Source of the DNA: Eledone cirrhosa
Taxonomy: Eukaryota
DNA length: 64,000 nucleotides
Assembly: GCA_964016885.1 (NCBI GenBank)
Contig: OZ024740.1
Location: 268,212,001 to 268,276,000, forward strand
Reading direction: 5' to 3'
Shown here piece after piece: positions 12,981-24,624 of this stretch. Numbering within the stretch: the first letter of the stretch is position 1; each line of letters begins with the position of its first letter. The notes under the pieces are model-generated. The model searched no databases and was not told the DNA's origin. It saw only the letters and a program-made list of their open reading frames with translations. A program made the position numbers and the translations under genes.

Positions 12981-13013
<33 letters not shown>

Positions 13014-13015
<2 letters not shown>

Positions 13016-13256
13016 AAGATGGGGTGGTAAGATACCAGGTGGATCATAATGAACCAGAGTACTCGATACTTTGGGTCGTAGATTGGGTAATATGAAAAGA
13101 TTCAGGACCCCGACGACCGTTCGGATCTAGCTGTTGAAACGGCCGGAGGTCATCCATCCGGGTGCTGAATCTTTTCATATTACCCACTCTATTACCCCAA
13201 GTATCGAATACTCTGGTGTGTTATGTTCCATCTGGTATCTTACCACACCCTCTTTG
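13014..13256. mobile_element. TA-flanked palindromic MITE/foldback element (arms about 95 bp)
   Basis: CAAAGATGGGGTGGTAAGATACCAGGTGGA...GAAAAGATTCAG is inverted by CTGAATCTTTTC...TCCATCTGGTATCTTACCACACCCTCTTTG. Confidence 0.7.
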
Positions 13257-13259
13257 TTT

Positions 13260-13275
<16 letters not shown>

Positions 13276-13323
<48 letters not shown>

Positions 13324-13380
13324 TGTGTGAGTGTGTGAGTGTGTATGTGTGTGTGTGTGTGTGTGAGTGAGTGTGAGTGA

Positions 13381-13414
<34 letters not shown>

Positions 13415-13470
13415 GTGTGAGTGTGTGTGTGTGTGTGTGTATGTGTGTGTGTGTGTGTGTGAGTGTGTGT

Positions 13471-13517
<47 letters not shown>

Positions 13518-13524
13518 TGTGTGT

Positions 13525-13575
<51 letters not shown>

Positions 13576-13654
13576 TGTGTGTGTGTGTGTGAGTGTGTGT
13601 GTGTGTGTGTGTGTGTCTGTGTCTGTGTGTGTCTGTGTCTGTGTGTGTGTGTGT
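13276..13654. repeat. Interrupted (GT)n microsatellite
   Basis: Directly visible. Confidence 0.95.
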
Positions 13655-13866
13655 CGGTGCTCTGAGATAGCGATGTATACTTCCGATCTGGGCATATCAG
13701 TGAATTAAAAAGGTAAACTCTGTTCCACCATTACGTTTTCCTATTTTTTCTGTTCAAAAAACGCCTGATGAAGTCATAGCTGTTGAATAATGTTTATCAC
13801 TGAAATATATATTGCAGCATATATGATTAAACGAAGTTAATTTTAACCTGTTGACTTAGACTTCTT

Positions 13867-13870
<4 letters not shown>
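13655..13870 (+). mobile_element. PLE-type 3' end with degenerate hammerhead motif (13765-13812), followed by (TA)n
   Basis: CTGATGA-AGTCATAGC...GTTTATCACT-GAAATATATAT; start GGTGCTCTGAGATAGCGATGTATAC also matches 9770-9796. Confidence 0.45.
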
Positions 13871-13901
<31 letters not shown>

Positions 13902-14046
13902 CAAAGAGTTATTTAATTTGTTGGTTATTCAACAAATTCAATTATAACACATTCGAAGATTTGAAATTTTTTTCACTATCCAAACTGGACTTAAAACGAT
14001 TAGGTCTTGTTTTTTGGAAATGTCAATATTTATAAAACAACTTTAG

Positions 14047-14107
14047 TATTTTATCTGATGAGAGCGTACCAAAATGTTGGTACCCTTGAAATATATATAA
14101 TAAAATA
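14047..14107 (+). ncRNA. Type I hammerhead ribozyme in an ORF-less PLE end (about 13900-14151)
   Basis: Stem I TATTTTAT/ATAAAATA, CTGATGA, stem II core GTACCAA-aatg-TTGGTAC, GAAATATATATA; the downstream ~55 bp match the 59161-59220 family. Confidence 0.75.
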
Positions 14108-14168
14108 AATATGGTTTTATAAAGTATAGTTTCCATTTATTAATATCATTGATATATATTTATATATT

Positions 14169-14363
14169 CGAGGATCGGGTGAAATGTTCATAGGCTGACT
14201 AAGACCCTCTTATGAAATAAGCAAGTGATGGTAGTATTCAACATACTCAGTGGAAAGAATCAATGCAGTTATTAATAAGGAGATTTGAAATTAATGCATA
14301 CAAGAGTTCACAGCACTAGCATAACTCTTTCATAGTCTGCCTAAGAACGTTTCAGCCTACTCG
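14169..14363. mobile_element. Mariner-type MITE
   Basis: Imperfect TIRs CGAGGATCGGGTGAAATGTTCATAGGCTGACT / AGTCTGCCTAAGAACGTTTCAGCCTACTCG-TA; related copy at 55678-55851. Confidence 0.6.
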
Positions 14364-14484
14364 TACACACACCCCCACACACAAAATGTGAAAAAGAGAA
14401 TTACTAGCGTATGTATGCATGTCTGTCTGACTGTCTGTTTGCATGTGTGTATGGGTGTATGTATAAATATATGTATGTATGTAT

Positions 14485-17298
14485 GTTCCTCTGGTTTTAT
14501 AATTTCACAAATTGTTGCCAATAGAGAGAGAGAGACTCGGTTTCTAACATAGTTATAAGACTCTCTCATTGGAATTTACACAACATCAACTAGGTAGATT
14601 TGTATGCATGTCTGCATGCATTCATGTGTAGGTATGGATGTTATTGTATGTGTGGATGTGGATGTTTTGAGTTCTATGTGTGCTTTGTATCTGTACATGT
14701 GTATATGCAGTTATTAGATGCAAAGTTTTTGGAATGTTTTACATATTTTTACTGTTCCATTAATGATTGTACTTGTAATTTCCTAACTAGTTGTGTTCTT
14801 TCTGTTCCTGTGAAGCCTAGCTTCTCAAGATTTGTATTGAGACAGTTACTAACACATCCCAGTGCCCCAATAATCACAGGCATAAATCTGAAGGTGTAAT
14901 CAGGGTGGAGTATCTGCAGATTTCTCATCAGTTCTGCATAAATATTCTCCTTTTCGCTAATCTTTGATATTATATTGGCATCTGCTGGGCAGCTAACTTC
15001 CGCTACTGTGCATTCCTTATTTACCCTGTCCCATATCATAATATCTGGTCTGTTATGTCTGCATTTTATTGCGGTTTATACTGAAACATTCCACCAGTAC
15101 TCTTTCATATTATGTATATGGATGTCTTCCACATCGCTGTAGCCTTTAATGTGTTAATTATCCAGGCTTTTCTACCGATTGCATTGTACAGTGTTTTGAA
15201 CACTACATCATGCCTCATAGGTAGATAGTACCGCGATGACATCTTTGGACAGCTGGTTATGACATGGGTGACATTTTCGATGTTAATTCTGCAGAGTCTG
15301 CACTTGTTATCATATCTAGCAACATATCCATGCATGCTTTTTTGCTGATAAGCATGCAGCTTTTCATGCATGAATTCACTGCTATACTGCTGAGAAACTT
15401 CCCTGGTTGTGAGTTTTTGATTATCACACAGGGAATATCTTTCGAGGAGTTCCTTCCCAACTCTCATGATCTTATCTGTTTCATGCAGATAGACTTGTTC
15501 GAGAGACGGGCTCCTACGCTTCGAGGTTTGTAGATGTTGTCGGAGGGATATGATGTGACATTCAAATGTTGTCTGGACTGATGTTAGGCCTCTGCCTCCC
15601 TGCTTACGTTTCAAGAAAAAGTGGTCTATGTCACTGTTGATGTGGAAGTTTCCGGTGTTGTTCAGTATTTTTCGAGTTCTAATTTTGCTCGGATTTCGTC
15701 TATCGTCCAATTGAGTATTCCAAACGTTGTTGTTAGGACAGGCACAGCAAACACATTGTGAGCCACTGTTTTTTTTTTGTGCGCAGAGTGTTCCCATGAC
15801 CATATCTTTCTTAATCGGGTGTTGTATTCCCTGGTTACGCGTTCCTTATTACCGATACCATTATAGGATATGTTCTCATCTATCCCCAGGTATCTGTAGC
15901 AGTCCTCATCAGATATCGGTGAAACCGTTAGACCATTGATGACAATGTTGCTATATTGGGTTGTTTTTTTTCCCCGCTTTACATTGAAAACGTTGTAACC
16001 AGGTCAAGATTTTTCTTCATCCCATCCATGTTCTTCGCATAGAGTTTTAAATCATCCACAAAGAAATTATGGGTTAAGTTCGTATTTCTGTCCTCCTGTG
16101 AGCCAATGATGTATCATTCATATGTCTTGAGCAGAAAGGATAAGGGGTTTATTGACAGGATAAATAATATCACAGAGAGACTGTCTCCCTGAAATATACC
16201 CCTCCGATATTTTATTTTATCAGTGAAAATAGAGTCCCCGTTCTCTGTCTTTAACTTTTGGATAGTAGCCCAAGAAGAAGACAGCTTCTCTATGGCTTTG
16301 ATAATAATGTCTGGGACTTTAGCAAGTCGGAGGGCCTCTATCATTCAAGAGTGGGGAACAGAGTTGAAAGCTTTCCTGTAGTCCAGCCAGACTATAGCCA
16401 TATTTCTCCTAAGTTGTCGCACCCCCGACATCGCAGTTTTGTTGATTAGGAGTTGTTCAGCACATCACCAAACCCCTTTCTTTCCAGCTGCTTGTTCATC
16501 TGTGATGATGTTATTATTTTCACAGTAATCTTGGAGGAATAGGTTCAGGCAGGCTGTATACATCTTATACATCAGGTTCTGGCATGCAATGGGTCGGTAG
16601 TTTTTTGCCAAGTGGGTGTCTTTGTTCTTGGGGACCAGTAATGTTTGTGGTAATATCAACCGTTCTGGTATAAGTGTATCTCCCTTAAGAATTTGTTGGT
16701 AGAGGTCAGTAAGATACCTCCGATAGAATATCAGTTTTTCGTACTAGTAGCCGACAATCATGTCTCTTCCTGGTGTTTTCTTATCTTGGAGTTTTCCTAT
16801 CACAGTCTCAAGGGTACCCTTACTTATTTCGTATGTTTTTGTTGAGTGTAGGAACAATAGTTCTTTGGGATTTCTTTTATCCACACTGCATTTGAGTTGA
16901 AATTCTTTTCACCCCATATTTTTCTCCCAAAGGAATCTATGTCTTTCTGAGATGGGGCCTCAGTGACACTTATTATTTTGCCCTTCATATATCTATAGAC
17001 TGATGTTTGGTTTCGTCTGAATCTTTTATTAAGCACTTTTCTCTCATCTACCTTCTTCAGGTATCGGCGTTTTTCGCCGACAGCTCTCAATTCCTATGGT
17101 TTTTCGTAGGTCAGCAATCTTTTTTTCTTTTAGTGATATATGATAATATTTTTGGTGGCGGTTCTTGTTAATATCTCTGCTATCACCAAGATAATGCTTC
17201 ACTGTCGTTACTGAGGCATATAAACAGGTGTTGATTTGGGGTTTTCATCCGTCGTAAATATTCATCCCCTATTTTGTCAATAACACGTAATATTTCAT
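14485..17298 (-). mobile_element. R4/Dong-like non-LTR retrotransposon (RT plus restriction-like endonuclease), 5'-truncated, family A copy 1
   Basis: NYRPIAC, RGIFQGDSLS, FVDDLK, GGRGL, CRLC...HVITSC (CCHC), RPDIMIWD...EVSCP; frameshifted; (ATGT)n at both junctions. Confidence 0.9.
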
Positions 17299-17371
17299 AT
17301 GTATGTATATATGTATGTATTATGTATGTATGTACGAATGTATGTATGTGTATACATATTTATATTTATAT

Positions 17372-17932
17372 ACTAGCCGAATTACCCGCTTTTGTAAGAA
17401 AATGATGATTGATTTTAAATCAGTGAAATAATTTGGGGAGAAAAACTCTGCATTTCAATATTACTCAATGTAAAATGTAATGCATTAAAAATTGGAAAAC
17501 ATTATTTTTTGTAATATATCAAATCAAAATTACATTATTAAATCTTATTTTTATTTTGTTTCTTGTAAATAATTTTTTTTAAAATATCAATTCAAAACTT
17601 TTGTGAATAGGCATCATATCTTGTCATTTACCTATGGTTTAAATTTCATATAAATCGAAGGGAAAGCATTTTCAGCGGGAGTTTGTGCCTCCGGGGAACC
17701 CTAATAAGGGGTTTAACCCCCATTAGGGTGTCTTAATAAATCGAAGGGAAAACTTTTCAGCGGGGATTTTGTGCCACCGGGGAACCCTTTGATTAAAATG
17801 AAATATACTTATCCAAGTACCCGGGCAATGTAGTTTCAGAATATATATGTTTATGAGGGTCTATCTCCAAAACCAAAAGAGGAGTTCGTGAACAAACAAA
17901 CAAACAGACAGGAATACAACTTTATATATATA
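17372..17932 (-). mobile_element. Non-autonomous Helitron-like element with an internal ~52-bp direct duplication (17650-17702 / 17737-17788)
   Basis: Reverse complement starts TCTATATATATAAAGTTG...GTCTGTTTGTTTG and ends ...GCGGGTAATTCGGCTAG|T. Confidence 0.45.
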
Positions 17933-18051
17933 GATGAGCGGGAAAAATGTGGTTAATGATTTCTGAAATGAAGATTCTTTATTCAATACAAAAAAGACAC
18001 ACACACACACATACACACACACACATATATATATACACACACACACATATA

Positions 18052-18112
<61 letters not shown>

Positions 18113-18204
18113 CGGCGAGTGTGTATATATATATATATATAACAGTGAGTGTGTTCTGTTATTAATTCTGGGAATATTACACAAATATGACCCTTCCCAA
18201 GTAT

Positions 18205-18245
<41 letters not shown>

Positions 18246-18293
18246 TATATATACACATATATATATATATATATCATATATATATATATATAT

Positions 18294-18373
<80 letters not shown>

Positions 18374-18467
18374 AAATATTTGTGTGTTTGTGTGTGTGTG
18401 AGTGTCAATTTGATGTGATATTTCGTATTTGAATGTACTTTCAAAGGGAAGTCATACATACAGTGAT

Positions 18468-18538
<71 letters not shown>

Positions 18539-18542
<4 letters not shown>

Positions 18543-19710
18543 TGGATTCACTCGTCGCGTACAACAAATGAGGGTTCAGCAACGATTATATTTTAAATAG
18601 AAAGAAAGAAAATTTCTTTTTTTTTCCCACTTTTTAGTGTGTCTAGAATCCATATGTCTCTGCAGACCTTTTGACAGATGCAGCATGCCACAGACTCACT
18701 ATGGCCGAGACTCTGAGGATCACCCACCACATGCTTTCTTGAGTGAACTACCATGCCTGCTTTGCGATAAAACCCAAGTGGCAAGTATTGTTGTCATTTT
18801 GAGGAGCAGATGCTGCCAGCACGCCTTGATATTAACACGTTGTTGGTCACAATGTTCAAGTCGACCCCGCTCAAACCTTTCAATAGATGAGAAGCAGCAC
18901 TGCTACCAGCTTTTGTGGTCTGATGCTTTCTGCTCCCACGAAGAGAAGAGGATGCTTCCTAGTTGTCTGTTCTTCAATCTGGCCTGCTTGTCGGAAATTG
19001 ACCAAAAATATAACACCTGTTTAGGAAGTCTGCTATCGCTCATATGAGAAAGATGCCCTGCGCACCTGAGCTGGATTTTCATAAGGCTAGCTGCTATGCC
19101 TGACATGTTGAATTTATTTCTGACCCTCTTGAACTTATTGCACTCTTCGATATTATTCATGTCTGACATCCACTGGCGGTGGCATTTGTGCATGTTATCC
19201 AAAAGAGGAGAAAAGTTTGGATCATTTGAATCAAACCAGTCTTGATGTTTTCTCTTTATATGCCAAACATTTCTTGGGATGATTCATAGAAAGCACTTTT
19301 GAAAGCAGACCATCTGATACAATATCTTTGCTGTCAGGGATAACAGCAAGCCTACTATCATAGAGAGTTTGAAAGGCACATTGTCAGTGTTATTGAGATT
19401 TTTCACGTCTACTGCTGGAGTTCATTGAGTGTGATTTTCACGAGCTGGAATACGGATAGTGAAGCTAACCTTGGATTGTATTAGTCAATGGTCAGACCAA
19501 CACTCACCAATTGAGTAGGAACGTTTCATTTTTATATCTTTCTTGAAAGTGGACCTTACAATCACATAATCAATAAGATTATAGTGATTGGATCGGAGAT
19601 GTTTCCAACTAATGTTGTGGTGGTTAATAAGCTAGAAGACTGGGTTAGCAACCCAGACCGTACTCGCTACAAAGGGATAACAGCATGCGGCCATTGGAGT
19701 TGGCCTTGCC
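18539..19710 (-). mobile_element. Internally deleted RTE LINE relic
   Basis: Minus strand: APE end LIDYVIVR...ECWSDH, then KHQDWFDSND, then RT C-terminus QLRCAGHLSHMSDSRLPKQVLY and Cys-pair zinc-finger remnants; 3' end CGACGAGTGAATCCACCAT. Confidence 0.7.
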
Positions 19711-20414
19711 AACTCCATGCCCCCCCTCCAACAAAAAACTTTTTAGAAAAAATAAGGTTCTTTCGTGTCACCATATCTACGAAGGCTGTTGATGCTGGCG
19801 TTCTGTATAAGGTAATCTTGTTTTAAAAAGTGGTGATTGAGCGCGTCTATCTGAAAGGAAAAAGAAACGTTTTGTAGATAGAGATGTACGGGTGCACATG
19901 CGTATACGTATGTGTGTGTGTGTGTGTGTTCGTACGTTTCCGTGTGTGTGTTGTATATATATATATATATTATATAAGGTGAGATAAAAGGAGAGAGAAT
20001 TAAGGTAAGAAAGAACGAGGGCTAGATAGATAGATAATAGATAGATAGATAAGGAAGGAGGAAGACAGAAAACATCATTAGATATCACTAGATGAAAAAA
20101 AAAAAAAAACTGAATGAAGGGCAAATAAAGAGAAAGGAAAATAAAGTAAACAAAATGAAAAAATAATAGTTGGTTAATTAACCATATAATGGTTTACGTG
20201 ATATAAAGTGAAGGGAAAAGTTTTCGTCAAAGTAACCTGCCTCCATTGATAATTATATTTATCTTTAACAACACACATACACAGACACGCACTCTCAGAC
20301 ACACGCTCGCTTACAGACTCTCACATATATTGGTGAGTAGGTTCATATTTGTATAATAAATATCTTCCTAACACACTCTAATTGACTCTGTCTGTCTGTT
20401 TGTCTGCCCACACC

Positions 20415-20780
<366 letters not shown>

Positions 20781-20861
20781 GTTGTGTATAATGGTAGCTA
20801 AGGTGCTTCCATAGGCGGTATGCCAAAATTAGCACTCGGTATTCATCAGAGTAGAGTGTAG

Positions 20862-20945
20862 ATATTATAAAGAAAACGAAAAATCAGTGATGCATCAGGA
20901 CTTAAGTCCAGATGCATCACTGATTTTTCGTTTTCTTTATAATAT
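20862..20945. repeat. Near-perfect 84-bp palindrome
   Basis: ATATTATAAAGAAAACGAAAAATCAGTGATGCATCAGGACT|TAAGTCCAGATGCATCACTGATTTTTCGTTTTCTTTATAATAT. Confidence 0.85.
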
Positions 20946-20959
20946 ATATATATATATAT

Positions 20960-21543
20960 AAATATCTTTAAGTCGTTTGGAAGCCTCGACAATGCAAGTG
21001 GGTAAATCTCCGGGTAACAAGATCCGGTGGTGGAGAGAGTGATGTAAGTGGGTGTACGTTGAGATGCGTAGTGTGTATGAGATGTGTAGAAGAATGAAGG
21101 AAAGAGTATAAAGGATAAAATAAAAAATAACAACACGAGAGAGAGTTACCTTGGGAGAGATTTAATAGTCCCTATATATTTCGGATTCACATCCATCAAC
21201 TGGGGGACGCGTTTCGCACCTGTCCGACAGACAACCTTTCCCCCACCCCGGAAAACCCCCAGTTGATGGATGTGAATCCGAAATATATGGGGACTATTAA
21301 ATCTCTTCCAAGGTAACTCCCTCTCGTGTTGTTATTTTTATTTTATCCTTTATACTCTTTCCTTCATTCTTCTACACATCTCATACACACCACGCATCTC
21401 AACGTACACCCACTTACATCTCTCTCTCCACCACCGGATCTTGTTACCCGGAGATTTACCCACTTGCATTGTCGAGGCTTCCAAACGACTTAAAGATATT
21501 TACTTATTATTCCACAATGCTTCAAGCAAACTTCAATACTCTC
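20960..21543. mobile_element. ORF-less inverted-arm plus tail element (PLE-type) in (TA)n
   Basis: Arms about 20960-21206 and 21256-21502, spacer about 50 bp, unpaired tail about 40 bp; arms contain hammerhead-like CCCCAGTTGA-TGGAT-GTGA-ATCC-GAAATATAT(A/G)GGG; spacer has GAAACGCGTC on the minus strand. Confidence 0.75.
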
Positions 21544-21561
21544 ATATATATATATATATAT

Positions 21562-21970
21562 ATGGTGGCTGCCAACTCGTTTTCGAGTACGGCCACTACT
21601 TTATATTCATGTAGGAGAACCCCTACCGATGCGCTGAACGAGTGTGACTTTTTAGTCCAGCCAGCGACTTGAAAACTCTGGTACAAAAACTACACTTGTG
21701 ACAATTATTGACACATAGTGCTGGGCCAATGGTACCACGTGATGACAAGTGCAGAGAGATCTCCAGATATAAAGCAATGCCTGTGCCGTGAAGCTTTTAT
21801 AGTGAGCAAAGGCACTGTACAAAGCCAGTCCCACTCTCTTAACCAAGATGATATTTACCAAAAAGAAGAACAAGTCAACATCATTGGATACCATCAGGGT
21901 TGCAGGTGTTATATCAGAGTTTTCCTTCTACTAGAATTCTGCCTTGACAAACGCTAAGGGGTCATCTCTC

Positions 21971-21972
<2 letters not shown>
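21562..21972 (-). mobile_element. Bipartite RTE-derived non-autonomous retroposon (SINE-like)
   Basis: Near-identical to 27281-27692, 35912-36240 and 43115-43495; 3' end GGCCGTACTCGAAAACGAGTTGGCAGCCACCAT. Confidence 0.8.
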
Positions 21973-22020
<48 letters not shown>

Positions 22021-22027
<7 letters not shown>

Positions 22028-22540
22028 TATATTACACAAAGAGAAGTGTGTTACACAGTGAGATGTGTGTAAAGAATTATTACAAGTGAGTTTTACCGTT
22101 ACTGTATAGAGAACAATATCTACAGGTTTAGCAATTAAATAGAAAAAAACTAAGTCAGAATCAAATCTCTGAAGTAGAGTTTTAAATTACCAACCTTATA
22201 ACTATAAGTTTGCTGATACGAATCTAGTTCGTTTCCCCACAGAAATGTGCAGTTTAACAGCCCACAGGTTCATCAGTCACCAAATGTGGACAGAATTTGA
22301 TTCTGACTTAGTTTTTTTCTATTTAATTGCTAAACCTGTAGATATTGTTCTCTATACAGTAACGGTAAAACTCACTTGTAATAATTCTTTACACACATCT
22401 CACTGTATAACACACTTCTCTTTGTGTAATATATCTGTATTTGAGCTCAGAAGAAAATTCTCTATTCTTCTTTCAGCTATTATTATTATTATTACTGTGA
22501 ACTGCGGAATACTCTTAATTCCGATCCTCGTATACTTATA
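22021..22540. mobile_element. ORF-less inverted-arm plus tail element (PLE-type) in (TA)n
   Basis: Arms about 22021-22168 and 22291-22440, spacer containing a hammerhead, tail about 100 bp. Confidence 0.75.
22209..22284 (-). ncRNA. Type I hammerhead ribozyme
   Basis: Reverse complement: TTTGGTGA-CTGATGA-(stem II, weak)-GAAACGAA-ctaga-TTCGTA-TCAGCAAA; stem I 7 of 8 pairs, 5-bp stem III, GUA triplet. Confidence 0.7.
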
Positions 22541-22551
22541 TATATGAATAT

Positions 22552-23340
22552 GTATATAGAATTCACAAGAATCAAAGCTATGTTCAAAGCATTTATTCAC
22601 TTACAGTTGTTTCATCCAAACCTAGGCTTGGAATCTTCGGACCATTTTTCAATGTTGTACATATAATTGACCTCCTTTCCAACGCAAGAGACATACAGAT
22701 ACATATACATATATTGATGTACAGTGGAGTGACATATATTATACTATACTATTTTTGTACAGCAATTCAAATTCAAAATCAAAATCAAAATCAAAATCAA
22801 AATTAAAATTAAAATAAAAATTAAAATACATTCGGCAGATAACACAGATAATGCAGGAGGTTAGTTCGATAGTCTAACCTCCTGTATTATCTGTGTTATC
22901 TGCCGAATGTATTTTAATTTTTATTTTTATTTTAATTTTGATTTTGATTTTGATCTTGAATTTGAATTGCTGTACAAAAATAGTATAGTGTAATATATGT
23001 CACTCCACTGTACATCAATATATATATATGTATCTGTATGTCTCTTGCGTTGGAAAGGAGGTCAATTATATGTACAAACATTGAAAAATAGTCCGAAGAT
23101 TTCAAGCCTAGGTTTGGATGAAACAATTGTAAGTGAATAAATGGTTTGAACAAAGCTTTAATTCTTGTGAATTCTATATAACTGCTCTGTAGAACAACTG
23201 ATGTTATTACATTGAGCTATTTATCTTACTGGTAATAAGGTAGTAATAAATTACTGACCTTCACTGTTTAAGGTTTAAAATATACATAACTATAAAAAGT
23301 TTAATATATACATAACCATAAATAGTATCCTTAATATTAT
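22552..23340. mobile_element. ORF-less long palindrome (arms about 310 bp, 9-nt loop at about 22865-22873) plus 160-bp tail, PLE-type
   Basis: Arms visible as reverse complements; hammerhead-like CCGAAGA-TTTCAAGCCTAGGTTTGGAT-GAAACAATTGTA followed by AATAAA at 23093-23141; same family at 43555-43838. Confidence 0.8.
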
Positions 23341-23354
23341 GTGTATATATATAG

Positions 23355-23578
23355 GGAGTGTAACTCAGCGTTACTGCAAGTTCACCCGGGTGAGCACTCG
23401 ATGTCTAGGTTCACTTCTGTGTTGAGGTGTAGAGCTATACAGAGTGTAATATATTGAAAGGATAACAAGGACGATTGGTTACTCTGTCATTACATTTATT
23501 GGTAGGTGACGCGCGTTTCGCCACTGATCAGCTCAAGGTTCGATCTGTATCGATCTTACTCGACTCTATAATCGGCAG
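23355..23578 (-). mobile_element. Probable PLE 3' end with hammerhead 3' half
   Basis: Reverse complement ...GTGGC-GAAACGCGCGTC-ACCTACC-AATAAA; palindromic stem III ACGCGCGT; 5' core not clearly present. Confidence 0.4.
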
Positions 23579-23580
23579 TA

Positions 23581-23656
23581 CAGGGTGTCCCCTAAAATAA
23601 TATACACATTTCAACAGCATTCTAATAAAAGTGTGTATACATTTTTGAAGACACCT

Positions 23657-23658
<2 letters not shown>
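23581..23658. mobile_element. Very short Tc1/mariner MITE
   Basis: TA-CAGGGTGTCCCCTAAAA...TTTTGAAGACACCTTG-TA; related copy at 44559-44658. Confidence 0.7.
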
Positions 23659-23740
<82 letters not shown>

Positions 23741-24624
23741 TGGCATATGGATTGGTACATCTGAAGTAATTGGCTGGTTCAATGACCTGAATAATAAAAA
23801 CAAACACAAATTTATTCAGTTTGACATTGCCAGTTACTATTCTTCCATTTCGCCTTCACTCCTCAACAACACTCTATATTTCGCATTTAAATATTCTGAC
23901 ATTACCACAGATGAACTTTACATCATTCTCACTGCAAGAAAAACTATCTTGGAATTCAACAATGAATATTGGACAATTTTGATATCACAATGGGTGCTTC
24001 GGATTCATCGCAATTGACGGATTTGATTGGTATCTTTATTCTGAATTCTTTAAATCGGAAAATTCCTCAACTTCGCGTGGAATTTATCGTGACGATGCCC
24101 TTTTTACTATCTTGAACTGTAAATTAGTCAACCTTAATATTATTAAGTACAATATACTTGATCTATTTAAGCACGATAACCTTAAAATTGAATTTGATAA
24201 CAACGTCAAACTAGCTAACTTCTTGGATATATCCCTTAATCTTGAGACTGGCCTATATTACCCTTACCATAAAAACAACGAGAATCTAAATTATGTTAAT
24301 TTTAAATCTAACCACCCTACTAACGTTAAAAATGCTATAGTCAGTAATATTGAAAAAAGAATCTCAAATATATCCTCTAATAAAGTTACCTTCGACGCTA
24401 ATGCCAATTACTATAATAATGCGCTTTCCAAAGCCGGCTATCCTGATAAAATTAAATACAGTAAAGAAACCAATCATCGAAGGACTTATAGTAAAATAGT
24501 TAATTATGAACACTCCAATAACTTAAATAAAAGACCTAGATACAACAATATGATTCGGTATAATGCTCCTTTTTTTATCTATCACTGATAATATTCCTAA
24601 ACTATTCTTTAGGGCCTTAGATAA

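Larger units (their letters stand above)
10561..12985 (-). mobile_element. 5'-truncated Penelope-like element with inverted pseudo-LTR and tail, inserted in (TA)n
   Basis: Minus-strand RT thumb remnant VFYNEALARSGHKNKLVY, linker VTWYNAPF...STVKFSYSTT, GIY-YIG ORF; 10561-10760 is inverted relative to about 12563-12848; unpaired extension 12849-12985; (TA)n on both sides. Confidence 0.85.

Noticed and set aside
21718-21957. Recurrent 79-80 aa ORFs (also 27297, 27360, 35890, 43239) as a small gene family
   Set aside because: They recur only because the retroposon copies are near-identical; neither frame is the zinc-finger frame and indels disrupt them in some copies
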